Source of the DNA: Bacteroidota bacterium
Lineage (GTDB): Bacteria; Bacteroidota; Bacteroidia; Flavobacteriales; Flavobacteriaceae
Assembly: GCA_039815505.1 (NCBI GenBank)
Contig: JBCBZE010000001.1
Location: 1 to 48,471, forward strand
Direction: 5' to 3'
DNA: 48,471 nt
The notes under the pieces were generated by a model. That model had not been told where the DNA came from. It ran no database searches and worked only from the letters and a program-made list of their open reading frames with translations. This document shows positions 26,454 to 35,925 of this stretch, in pieces (position 1 is the stretch's first letter; every line of letters begins with the position of its first letter). The position numbers were made by a program, and so were the translations under genes.

Positions 26454-28241
26454 CTACAGTTGTTTATCCAAATATGAGATTACTTCACTTGCCTTGCTAT
26501 AGTCTTGTTGCATTTGTACTTCGGAAAATGGACTGTACCTAGCCGATTCACAATTTTTAAGGAGCCCAATGAAACTCTCTTTTGTGGTATCATCTACCTT
26601 CCTTTCGGTTAATAAAGATGTTATTTTATCCTTACTGAATTCAGAAGTCTCGATTTTTAGTTTTGCTTTTAAATAGTTATGCAGCGCTTTTTCCAAAGCT
26701 ACATAAAAGGCTTCTTTGTTGCCTAAGGTTTTCTTGGCCTCGGACAAATATTTTCTGGCCAGTTTATTGGCTTTTTTAATCTTATTGCCGACCACGTCAC
26801 TTGCTATGGCCTCTCGTTTTTTACCCGTAAAAATTACTATTGGTATTAATAAAAGAGGTAAAAGCAACCACATATAAAAACGGGTGGAGCCAAAAAAATA
26901 ATTGGTGCCCACAGGAGTTAAATTTGGAGTCAACTTAATAAAATTAAATTGACTGCCAGTACTCACAACCGTTTGCTTGCTGTTCAAAGTAGACGTGCCT
27001 GAACTTAGGTTTCCGCTTGATGGTCCGTCCATAACATTGATCATAATCTCATCGGATTGTAATGTATTGTATTTTCTGGTCTTAGGATTAAAATAGCTAA
27101 AGGATATACTGGGGATAGGATATTTTCCACGGTAGGATGGAACTATCGTATAATTATTGGTCACCTTTCCTTCCGATCCGGATAAAGTGGTGCGCACATT
27201 TTCATTAAACTCTGGCTCATAGACCTCCAATGAATTTGGAAGAATAGGTTCCGGTAATTGAAACAATTTTAAATTACCCTTACCTTTTACTTCGACTGTG
27301 GCCTGTAGGGATTCGGAAGCATTTAAATCTGTTTTGCTCGTGGTAACGGAAAAATCAAAAGTACCGACCGCACCACTAAAGTTAGCCGGTTTTCCTTCGC
27401 TGGGTAATGCCTTTACATTTAACGTACGTTTGCCCGCTGAAACTGTTTTATTGGTCTGTGTATAAATTCTACCTCCAAAGAAATCACGTCTGTTTGTGGG
27501 AACATCGATGGTTACATCCAAGGAGAGTGGTTCAATTTCAAGTTTGCCAGTCTTTTGCGGGTATAATACAACTCTTTTTAACACCACATACCTAAAAGCC
27601 TTTCCCTGATAGGAACCGTTCTGCACGTTGTATTTGGTGACGGGTAGGTCTTGACTCCAGAAATTATTATATTTTGGGTTGTCCAAGGCCCTAAAATTGG
27701 TGACATTGATAAACTGACTTACATATAGCTTGTACACTACACTTACAGCTTCATTAAGATATGGGTTGGCCTTGGATACTTCTGCGACCAGATGTAAATT
27801 CTCGTCGGCCACGTCGTCCACGGTCATTTCATCACTAGGCTTATCCACTGCCGCGGTCACCACAACTTTTTTTGAAAGTGATTTATAGGTCTTCCCACTA
27901 ATTACAATGGTTGCTTGTTTTATAGTAAATGTACCGCGAGCAGTGGGCGCCAGCGTATAGGAATAGGTTTTGGAGAAACTCCTTACCCCATTGATCCAAG
28001 AGGAGCTAATGGCCTGGGACGGCCCCATAAGTACTCTGAAACCGTTGAAGTCCGGAGGGTTAAAATCGTCTCCGTCCTTGTTCATAACGAATTCTACCCT
28101 AAGACGTTCGTTTATACCCAGTTTACTTTTACTTAGCTTAACTTCAAAATTGACTTCGTCATCTTGTGCATTACCGATGACCACCAGAAATAGGAGGGGA
28201 AATAGCAGATAATATTTTTTTAAAATCAGTTGCATTACCAA
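26454..28241 (-). CDS. batD: BatD-like (oxygen-tolerance family) membrane protein
   Basis: 595 aa. Has a signal peptide, a large beta-rich ectodomain, a TM near residue 470 and a C-terminal helical tail. The operon position matches BatD. Confidence 0.7.
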   Translation of the reverse strand: MVMQLILKKYYLLFPLLFLVVIGNAQDDEVNFEVKLSKSKLGINERLRVEFVMNKDGDDFNPPDFNGFRVLMGPSQAISSSWINGVRSFSKTYSYTLAPTARGTFTIKQATIVISGKTYKSLSKKVVVTAAVDKPSDEMTVDDVADENLHLVAEVSKANPYLNEAVSVVYKLYVSQFINVTNFRALDNPKYNNFWSQDLPVTKYNVQNGSYQGKAFRYVVLKRVVLYPQKTGKLEIEPLSLDVTIDVPTNRRDFFGGRIYTQTNKTVSAGKRTLNVKALPSEGKPANFSGAVGTFDFSVTTSKTDLNASESLQATVEVKGKGNLKLFQLPEPILPNSLEVYEPEFNENVRTTLSGSEGKVTNNYTIVPSYRGKYPIPSISFSYFNPKTRKYNTLQSDEIMINVMDGPSSGNLSSGTSTLNSKQTVVSTGSQFNFIKLTPNLTPVGTNYFFGSTRFYMWLLLPLLLIPIVIFTGKKREAIASDVVGNKIKKANKLARKYLSEAKKTLGNKEAFYVALEKALHNYLKAKLKIETSEFSKDKITSLLTERKVDDTTKESFIGLLKNCESARYSPFSEVQMQQDYSKASEVISYLDKQL

Positions 28242-29113
28242 TCTTTTTCCTTTTTGACTTTTACACCTTTTACCTTTTTCGCATCAATCTTCTCTTGTAC
28301 CTTTTTCTCCTCGTTTTGCATTGCCTCTAACAGATTTTTAACCTGTTGGGGGGATAACTGATTTGGTCTGGGTTGCTGTTTTTGCTCCTTGGGTTGATCT
28401 CCTTGTTGGGGCTGTTTGTTTTTTTCCTCTTTCTTATCGCCATCACCTTCTTTGTTTTCTTCTTTCTTCTCATTTCCCTTATCCCCTTCATCGCCCTTAT
28501 CTTGGTTCTTATCCTTATTTTCCTCCCCCTTGTTTTCGTCTTCGTTATCCCCTTCGTCTTTCTTGTCTTGGTTTTTGTCTTTCTTATCCTTGTTGTCCTC
28601 TTGGTTTTGGTCACCCTTGTTATCATCATTTTTCTGCTCGTCCTGTTGCTTTTTCAGAAGCTCCTTGGCCAAGGCAAGATTATACCTGGTTTCCTCATCC
28701 GTAGGATCGTTTCGCAAGGCCTCCTTATAAGCTTCTACCGCTTTCTGGTATTCCTTGTTCTTCATGAAAACATTGCCCATATTATGATAGGCCTTATGTT
28801 TGTCCGCCTTGTTGGATGCCAATTCCCCGGCCTGTTTAAAACGGGAGAATGCTTCGCTATACGTCTCCTCATTATAGTAGGCGTTACCTAAATTATAAGG
28901 TGCCGCCACATTTTCCCCACTTTTTGAAATAGCCCTTCTATAATTGGCTTCCGCATTTACAAAATCGTCATTGGACAGCTCTTTATTGGCTTCCCAAGTT
29001 ATATTTTTTGAAGCACGCAATGCTTTCAACTTCTCCTTGTCCTCCGCTTCTTGTGCATACGAAAAGCATCCGACCAAAAAAATAATGGAAACGACTTTTT
29101 TCATATTACTCAA
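28235..29113 (-). CDS. batC: BatC-like TPR protein with a long K/D/E/N/Q low-complexity tail
   Basis: 292 aa. Has TPR repeats (YNLGNAYYNEE..., YHNMGNVFMKNKEYQKAVEAYKEAL) followed by about 130 aa of charged low complexity. Confidence 0.7.
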   Translation of the reverse strand: MSNMKKVVSIIFLVGCFSYAQEAEDKEKLKALRASKNITWEANKELSNDDFVNAEANYRRAISKSGENVAAPYNLGNAYYNEETYSEAFSRFKQAGELASNKADKHKAYHNMGNVFMKNKEYQKAVEAYKEALRNDPTDEETRYNLALAKELLKKQQDEQKNDDNKGDQNQEDNKDKKDKNQDKKDEGDNEDENKGEENKDKNQDKGDEGDKGNEKKEENKEGDGDKKEEKNKQPQQGDQPKEQKQQPRPNQLSPQQVKNLLEAMQNEEKKVQEKIDAKKVKGVKVKKEKDW

Positions 29114-30152
29114 TTTCTTTTTCGTTAAATAAGTTCAATTTTTTGAGCCACTTGGTTTTTCTATCCAAAAGAAAAATATCCAAAAATAGAAATAATAGTC
29201 CCAAACCCAAGAACCATTGAAACTGATCCTTGAATTCCGCAAATTGCTTGGCCTCGAACTCTTTTTTATCCATTTGGAACAATTGTTCCTTAATATATTC
29301 TACAGCCTCATCGGTATTGGCCCCATTAATGTACTCACCATTGCCCTCATCAGCGATTTCGTTTAAAATTTCCTCGTTTAATTTGGTAATGACCACTTCT
29401 CCTTGGGCATCCTTTTTTAAACGCTCTACGACGCCATTTTTTTTCAAGGGGATGGGCCCTCCTTTGGTTTTTCCTACACCAATGGTATAAATACGGATGC
29501 CCTCTTCCACCGCCAAATCCACGGCGTCCAAGGTAGAGCCTTCCGAATGGTCCTCCCCATCCGATATAATAAATAGTACCCTATTGGTCTGCTCTTCATC
29601 ATCAAAATAAGTCGAGGCCAGTTCAATGGCCTCATTGATTGCCGTTCCTTGGGAGGACAGCATATCCGTGTTCATGCTTTGCAAGAACATTTTGGCAGCG
29701 CCATAATCCGTGGTTATGGGGAGCTGTGGAAATGCCTGTCCTGCATAGGCTATGATTCCTATTCGGTCACTGGCCAATTGGTTTACGATTTCCGAAACCA
29801 ACCTTTTGGCTTTCTCCAGTCTATTGGGAGCAATATCCTCTGCCAACATACTTTTGGAAACATCCACGGCAAAAACAATATCTACTCCCTCTCTTTTAAT
29901 CGTTTCTAATTTTGTGCCAATTTTAGGGTTTACCAGCCCAAGGGTCAAAAAAGTAAGGCCTAACATCAGAAAAATTAGCTTTAGCGTCGATTTAAAGTTG
30001 GATTTATCTGGCGTTAGGCGTTTTAACAACGATAAGTCGGCAAAGTTTTTCTGGGCCCTGCTTTTCCATACCTGAAGTACAATAAAGAGGAAGACCATTA
30101 TGGGAATAATGAACAGTAGATAAAAATATATTTTTTCGTCCAGTTGAACCAT
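29106..30152 (-). CDS. batB: BatB-like VWA-domain membrane protein
   Basis: 348 aa. Has N-terminal TMs, the VWA MIDAS motif AVDVSKSM, and a C-terminal TM. Confidence 0.8.
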   Translation of the reverse strand: MVQLDEKIYFYLLFIIPIMVFLFIVLQVWKSRAQKNFADLSLLKRLTPDKSNFKSTLKLIFLMLGLTFLTLGLVNPKIGTKLETIKREGVDIVFAVDVSKSMLAEDIAPNRLEKAKRLVSEIVNQLASDRIGIIAYAGQAFPQLPITTDYGAAKMFLQSMNTDMLSSQGTAINEAIELASTYFDDEEQTNRVLFIISDGEDHSEGSTLDAVDLAVEEGIRIYTIGVGKTKGGPIPLKKNGVVERLKKDAQGEVVITKLNEEILNEIADEGNGEYINGANTDEAVEYIKEQLFQMDKKEFEAKQFAEFKDQFQWFLGLGLLFLFLDIFLLDRKTKWLKKLNLFNEKEIE

Positions 30153-30155
30153 AGC

Positions 30156-31154
30156 TTATATAAAACTTCTAAATACCGTGTTACGGAATACCCATTCAAG
30201 TACTAGCAAAACTCCTGCCAGAAGCACCCATGACCTAAATTTTTCCTCGTATCTATAGTATTTGAATTCTTCGATTTCTGTTTTTTCAAGTTTGTTGATT
30301 TCGTCGTAAATATCCTCTAACTTTTCATTATTGGTCGCCCTAAAATATTTTCCGCCTGTAACTTCGGCAATTTCTTCCAAGAGCTTTTCATCTATTTCCA
30401 CTTGGCGCATCCCATATCTAAAAGAGCCATCTCTTTTATAGGCTATTGGGGAAAGGGCGTTACCGTTGGTGCCCAAGCCTATGGTATACGTTTTTATTCC
30501 AAATTCCACCGCAAGGTCGGCTGCGGTCTGTGGTTCTATAAAACCCGAATTGTTGACCCCGTCCGTTAGCAAAATAATTACTTTACTGATGGCTTTGCTT
30601 TCTTTTAAACGATTTACCGAAGTGGCCAGCCCCATCCCAATGGCAGTACCATCATTCAATTGTCCATAAGAAACTTCCCTTAGGGCATTAAGTACAATTG
30701 ATTTATCACTGGTTATCGGCGTCTTGGTATAGCTTTCACCGGCATAGGCTACGATTCCGATACGATCGTTGGGACGTTTGCGAATAAAGTCTGACGCCAC
30801 TTCTTTTAGTGCGGAGAGTCGATTGGGTTTTAAATCCCTTGCAAGCATACTTGAAGACACATCAATGGCCATAACAATATCTATTCCCTTGGTTGTTTTT
30901 GTCCTTGTGGAGATGTCTTCGGTCTGTGGTCTTGCCATTGCCGTAATAATGGCCGCGAGGGCCAACAAACGCAGAACAAAAAGTAAGGGTTTGAGTTTCG
31001 GTAAAAAACTGTCGGAGGAAAAACCCTTGATACTGGAGATTTTAAGCGCCGGAGTCTCCTCTTTTCTTTTAAAAAAATACCAGACGATGGCCAATGGTAG
31101 CGACAAAAGCAACCAAAAGAATTGTGGATTTGCAAATTGTATATTCTCTAACAT
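30156..31154 (-). CDS. batA: BatA-like VWA-domain membrane protein
   Basis: 332 aa. Has N-terminal TMs, the MIDAS motif AIDVSSSM, and a C-terminal TM. Confidence 0.8.
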   Translation of the reverse strand: MLENIQFANPQFFWLLLSLPLAIVWYFFKRKEETPALKISSIKGFSSDSFLPKLKPLLFVLRLLALAAIITAMARPQTEDISTRTKTTKGIDIVMAIDVSSSMLARDLKPNRLSALKEVASDFIRKRPNDRIGIVAYAGESYTKTPITSDKSIVLNALREVSYGQLNDGTAIGMGLATSVNRLKESKAISKVIILLTDGVNNSGFIEPQTAADLAVEFGIKTYTIGLGTNGNALSPIAYKRDGSFRYGMRQVEIDEKLLEEIAEVTGGKYFRATNNEKLEDIYDEINKLEKTEIEEFKYYRYEEKFRSWVLLAGVLLVLEWVFRNTVFRSFI

Positions 31155-32813
31155 TTATGCTTCCGTTTTTACATTGACCGATTTTAATATACGATCTACG
31201 ATTTCCTCTGCATAGGAATCGTCGTCCAACCAAGACAACAATATCTGTTGTTGAAAACCTTTCCCCCCAAAACTGAGAATGACATATTTTCCTTTTACCA
31301 ATTCCTTGGATTCCGGAACAGCGAATTTTCCGCTACCATATGTTTTTATGCCTTTCACTCCCGAAGGGGTAGTGTATTCCTCTTGCTTGGTGATTATATT
31401 TTTAGCGCCTTTGTCCTCAAAACTTTTTAGCAATTGATCAACGGTTTTTTCATAATCTGGTTCTGCAAGTTCCGTAAATGTAGTAGATGTTGTGGCAACT
31501 GTAAACAATCCAATAGAGCTTCTATATATAAAGGTTTGTAATTCCTTGATGTCCTCCTTGGCCTCAGCGGGCAACTGAATATTCTGTCTAATAAGCACCC
31601 TGGGTGTTTCTATACTTATAGGAGGATATCCGTATGAACTGGAAACCCATTCGCCTTCCAATAGTTCCTTTGTAGGATGACCTAGTACGGTGTCCTTTAC
31701 ATTTTTAAAACCGTAATAGCCGACCAATGAAACTGTAGAAACCAATAGGAGACCAATGGCCGCTGCAGTAACGATGATAATTTTTTTCTTTTTTCTTTTG
31801 CGTTCCAACTCCTCTTGATACTCTTGTTGCTCCAATAATTCTTCTTCTGTTGGTTCTGGAAGAGCTTCCTTGGTTTTAATAACGATCTCCTCAATGGATT
31901 TTCTATCCTGCTCCGCCGAAGAAACCGGAGGTTTGGATTTTGCGAATTTTACCAAATCCGCGGTCTGCAATATTCTTTTAAATTGATTAATGGTATCGTT
32001 CTCCAATTTTAGCTCACCGGCATCACGAAGCATTTCCAGTTTATCGATCAATTGGTCCGTAGTGCTCTCCAAGGCGGATACATGTGCGTCTTCTTCAAGA
32101 TAGGACCGTACAATATCCGTTAGTTCGGAATAGTATTGTTTATATTCATCCTGGATAAGATATTTGGAGTTTTCTAATCGTTTTAACTCCAAAAGAGCTC
32201 TATCATAAGGAGGTAACAGTGCTTCTTTTTCTTCCTCGGTCAAGGGTTTTTTACGGAATACGAACCAATACAAAAGTCCACCTATCATGAGTAACCCCAA
32301 CAATACCCAAAACAGTATCCGCCAAAGTTTAGCGTAGCTTTTTTCAACGGCAATCAACGATTTAATGTCGTACATCTTTTGCGTAAGCGTATCCACCGGA
32401 ACCGTTGCTACATTGATGACCACGGAATCCGTAAAGAAAGGTTTTTCATTAATGGCGATACGTTGCCGTGGAATGGTGTATACGCCGGAATCGAACTGGG
32501 TAAGGGCATAAATTCGTTGTAAAGTAACCCTATTTTTCTTTCTGGTCGTATCTATGGCAAAGGCTTCCACAGTTTCTAAAGGAGAAAAGGTTTGCCCTTC
32601 AGGGAAGAATACCAGGTCCGTGGAATCTGTTTCAACCGTAATTTTGTACTTGATCTGTTCCCCTATTTTAATAAACGTGGTATCAATTTCCGAATTCACC
32701 GAAGGTTTGGATTGCGAAATACCCTCAAACATAAATATGAAAAATGAGCATAGAAAAATGCACCGCGTTATAAACGATGAACGATTTTCCGTTTTCCATT
32801 TTCCGTTTTCCAT
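31155..32813 (-). CDS. Membrane protein with a BatD-like N-terminal ectodomain, a coiled-coil linker and an unknown C-terminal domain (Bat operon gene 3)
   Basis: 552 aa. Has a signal or TM segment, a beta-rich region resembling the BatD N-terminus, a TM (LWRILFWVLLGLLMIGGLLYWFVF), an E/K-rich helix, a second TM and a ~185-aa tail. Confidence 0.6.
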   Translation of the reverse strand: MENGKWKTENRSSFITRCIFLCSFFIFMFEGISQSKPSVNSEIDTTFIKIGEQIKYKITVETDSTDLVFFPEGQTFSPLETVEAFAIDTTRKKNRVTLQRIYALTQFDSGVYTIPRQRIAINEKPFFTDSVVINVATVPVDTLTQKMYDIKSLIAVEKSYAKLWRILFWVLLGLLMIGGLLYWFVFRKKPLTEEEKEALLPPYDRALLELKRLENSKYLIQDEYKQYYSELTDIVRSYLEEDAHVSALESTTDQLIDKLEMLRDAGELKLENDTINQFKRILQTADLVKFAKSKPPVSSAEQDRKSIEEIVIKTKEALPEPTEEELLEQQEYQEELERKRKKKKIIIVTAAAIGLLLVSTVSLVGYYGFKNVKDTVLGHPTKELLEGEWVSSSYGYPPISIETPRVLIRQNIQLPAEAKEDIKELQTFIYRSSIGLFTVATTSTTFTELAEPDYEKTVDQLLKSFEDKGAKNIITKQEEYTTPSGVKGIKTYGSGKFAVPESKELVKGKYVILSFGGKGFQQQILLSWLDDDSYAEEIVDRILKSVNVKTEA

Positions 32814-32817
32814 TTCT

Positions 32818-33684
32818 TTACCCCCTTCGTTTAAAATAGCCCAATAATTTTTTTACATAGCTCTCATCTACCCTACAACTTAAAATACCGCATCCAGATT
32901 TGGTAAATGTTTCCTTAAAATATGTCACACGCTCGTGATGATACTTTCCATAGGCCTCTCGCACTTTTTTCGATTTTGTATTAATTAATCGTAAAGCTCC
33001 CGTTTCCGCATCCTGCATTTGGACCATCCCAATATTTGGTATGGTTTCTTCCCTTTGATCAAAGACCCGTATACCCGTTACATCATGCTTGTTTCCTGTT
33101 ATTTTAAGGGTAGTCTCATAATCATCTGCAATAAAATCCGATAATACAAATACGATGGCCTTCTTTTTTAGGACATTGGTAAGGTATTTTAAAGCCTCGG
33201 CAATATTGGTTTCTTTACTTTTGGGACTAAACTCTAAAAGTTCCCTTATTATACGTAATACGTGACTTTTACCTTTTTTTGGGGGAATAAAAAGTTCTAC
33301 TTTGTCGGAAAACAATATCAAGCCTGCCTTGTCATTGTTCTGTAAGGCGGAAAAAGCCAAAGTGGCCGATATTTCAGTAATAATTTCTTTTTTGAATTGA
33401 TGGGTAGTTCCAAAAAGTTCTGAACCACTTACATCTACCATAAGCATCATGGTCAATTCCCTTTCTTCCTCAAAAACTTTTACAAAAGGTTCATTATACC
33501 GGGCAGTAACGTTCCAATCTATACTTCTGACATCATCCCCAAATTGATACTGTCGCACCTCGCTAAACGTCATACCCCTACCTTTAAAGGTAGAGTGGTA
33601 CTCCCCACCAAAAATATGGTCGGAAAGACGTCTCGTCTTTATCTCGATCTTGCGAACTTTTTTAAGTAATTCTTTGGTATCCAT
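32818..33684 (-). CDS. DUF58-domain protein (MoxR partner)
   Basis: Contains FKGRGMTFSEVRQYQFGDDVRSIDWNVTAR, the typical DUF58 core. The ATG at 33684 is preferred over the TTG at 33699. Confidence 0.85.
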   Translation of the reverse strand: MDTKELLKKVRKIEIKTRRLSDHIFGGEYHSTFKGRGMTFSEVRQYQFGDDVRSIDWNVTARYNEPFVKVFEEERELTMMLMVDVSGSELFGTTHQFKKEIITEISATLAFSALQNNDKAGLILFSDKVELFIPPKKGKSHVLRIIRELLEFSPKSKETNIAEALKYLTNVLKKKAIVFVLSDFIADDYETTLKITGNKHDVTGIRVFDQREETIPNIGMVQMQDAETGALRLINTKSKKVREAYGKYHHERVTYFKETFTKSGCGILSCRVDESYVKKLLGYFKRRG

Positions 33685-33790
33685 CTTTATAGTATGCAAT
33701 TTTCAGTGGGCAACTACAGACAATTCTCTGGTTAGATGTTCGGGTAGTTTTTAGCTTGTGGTCTACTGCAACTGCGTACTGCCGTTTTGT

Positions 33791-34801
33791 TTACGGCACC
33801 TCAATTTCATTTACAATCTTATTGATAATTTCTTCTGAAGTAATATTTTCTGCTTCCGCCTCGTACGTAATTCCTATTCGATGCCTCAGCACATCGTGCA
33901 CCACGGCCCTTACATCTTCGGGAACCACGTAGCCCCTTCGTTTTATAAAGGCATAGCATTTGGCCGCATTGCCCAAGTTGATACTTCCACGGGGAGATGC
34001 TCCAAAACTAATTAAGGGCTTCAGGTTTTCTAGATTGTATTTTTCCGGATAGCGAGTGGCAAACACGAGATCCAATATGTATTTTTCTATTTTCTCATCC
34101 ATGTAGACATCCTTGACAGCTTGTTGGGCACTTAAGATTTGCTTAAGGGTCACAACAGGTTTTACCGCTTCATAAGCGCCCAGAAGATTTTGTCTCATAA
34201 TTAGCTGCTCTTCGTTCATCTTGGGATAGTCTATAACCGTTTTTAGCATAAAACGGTCCACTTGCGCTTCAGGTAAAGGATATGTTCCTTCTTGTTCCAC
34301 AGGGTTTTGGGTAGCCATTACCAAAAAGGGTTTATCCAAAATAAAGGTTTCGTCTCCTATGGTAACCTGTTTTTCTTGCATAGCTTCCAACAAGGCAGAT
34401 TGCACTTTGGCCGGTGCCCTGTTTATTTCATCCGCTAAAACAAAATTGGCAAAAATAGGACCCTTCTTAATGGAAAAGTCATTGTCCTTCATATTGTAGA
34501 TCATCGTACCCACAACATCGGCGGGCAATAGGTCAGGAGTAAACTGTATTCTACTAAAGCTGCCTTTTACCGCCTTGGCAAGTGTATTGATGGCCAAGGT
34601 CTTTGCAAGTCCGGGAACACCTTCCAATAATATATGGCCCTGTCCCAATAAGCCGATAAGCAATCGTTCCACCATATGCTTTTGGCCCACGATTACCTTG
34701 TTCATTTCAATTGTGAGTAAATCTATAAAAGCACTCTCCTTTTCAATTTTCTCGTTCACCGCGCTAATATCAACAGTAGTATTTTCCTGCATAGAAGTCA
34801 T
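33791..34801 (-). CDS. MoxR-family AAA+ ATPase
   Basis: 336 aa. Contains Walker A LEGVPGLAKT and Walker B VLADEINRAPAKVQSALLEAMQE. Confidence 0.92.
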   Translation of the reverse strand: MTSMQENTTVDISAVNEKIEKESAFIDLLTIEMNKVIVGQKHMVERLLIGLLGQGHILLEGVPGLAKTLAINTLAKAVKGSFSRIQFTPDLLPADVVGTMIYNMKDNDFSIKKGPIFANFVLADEINRAPAKVQSALLEAMQEKQVTIGDETFILDKPFLVMATQNPVEQEGTYPLPEAQVDRFMLKTVIDYPKMNEEQLIMRQNLLGAYEAVKPVVTLKQILSAQQAVKDVYMDEKIEKYILDLVFATRYPEKYNLENLKPLISFGASPRGSINLGNAAKCYAFIKRRGYVVPEDVRAVVHDVLRHRIGITYEAEAENITSEEIINKIVNEIEVP

Positions 34802-34952
34802 TTAATTTTTGATGCAAATAAAATAAGCATTTTAATAAAACGCAAAATGAAAATTTATTTATTCATCCGCTGTTAATTATTGGTTAAAAAAAGAAGAAAC
34901 TCCCCAGATTTATGAAGTATTTAAGGGATTTATTTTTTATTTTCACCAACCT

Positions 34953-35828
34953 ATGAACGATACGATATCTTATTCCAAAATAATAGCGGGGACCATGACC
35001 TGGGGAAGCTGGGGCAAACAGCTTTCAAAAAATGATACGATAACATTGATGCATCACTGTCTTGATCAAAAGATAACCACGTTTGATCATGCGGATATTT
35101 ACGGCGGATATACCACGGAAGCTGAATTTGGCGACGCGTTTGCAGCAAGTAAAATTCCAAGGGAACAAATACAACTGATTACCAAATGTGGGATTCAATT
35201 GGATGCCGAGGCCAGGAAAAATGTGGTTAAACATTACAATTACTCAAAGGACTATATCATTTGGTCCGCCGAGCAATCCTTGAAAAACCTAAATACCGAT
35301 TATCTAGACTTTTTCCTAGTACATAGACCAAGCCCCTTGATGCATCCGCATGAAATTGCGGAGGCGATCACGCAATTGAAAAATGATGGAAAGATCAGGC
35401 AATTTGGGACATCGAATTTTACACCCGCCCAAATATCCATGTTGGAGACCGCTGTTCCCGTTGAAGGAAATCAGGTGGAATTCTCTCTTACCACGAACAA
35501 CCCTATGTACGACGGCACTTTTGATGATTGCATAGCCCATAGTAGAATGGCCATGGCATGGAGTCCGCTAGGGACTTACTTTAGAGAGGACAATGACCGT
35601 ACCAAAAGAATAAGACCGGTTTTACAAATCATGATGAAAAAGTACGATGCATCGGAAGATCAACTTTTGTTGGCCTGGTTGTTACATCATCCCGCCAGGG
35701 TTCATCCCGTTGTAGGGACCGCCACACCAAAGCGTTTAACGGATGCGATGAAAGCCGGAAAAATACATATGGAAATAGAGGATTGGTTTATCCTGTTAGA
35801 GGCAAGTCAAGGAAGTGAGGTTCCTTAA
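34953..35828 (+). CDS. Aldo/keto reductase family oxidoreductase
   Basis: 291 aa. Contains TFDHADIYG, FLVHRP and the rest of the AKR pattern. Confidence 0.85.
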   Translation: MNDTISYSKIIAGTMTWGSWGKQLSKNDTITLMHHCLDQKITTFDHADIYGGYTTEAEFGDAFAASKIPREQIQLITKCGIQLDAEARKNVVKHYNYSKDYIIWSAEQSLKNLNTDYLDFFLVHRPSPLMHPHEIAEAITQLKNDGKIRQFGTSNFTPAQISMLETAVPVEGNQVEFSLTTNNPMYDGTFDDCIAHSRMAMAWSPLGTYFREDNDRTKRIRPVLQIMMKKYDASEDQLLLAWLLHHPARVHPVVGTATPKRLTDAMKAGKIHMEIEDWFILLEASQGSEVP

Positions 35829-35925
35829 ACATTGTATTTGCAATATCCTGCTCTCGGAAACCTTGAGGCCGAATCCCACAAAAAACTGATTATAAGTTTA
35901 GCCATATGCCTCGAAATAAGTAGAC

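Noticed and set aside
28327-28891. A cluster of 100-172-aa ORFs in several frames on both strands inside batC.
   Set aside because: They are created by the purine-rich GAA/AAG/GAT low-complexity DNA that encodes the K/D/E/N tail of BatC. Their translations are homopolymer-like (poly-L/F/S or R/K repeats), so they are artefacts of repeat composition.
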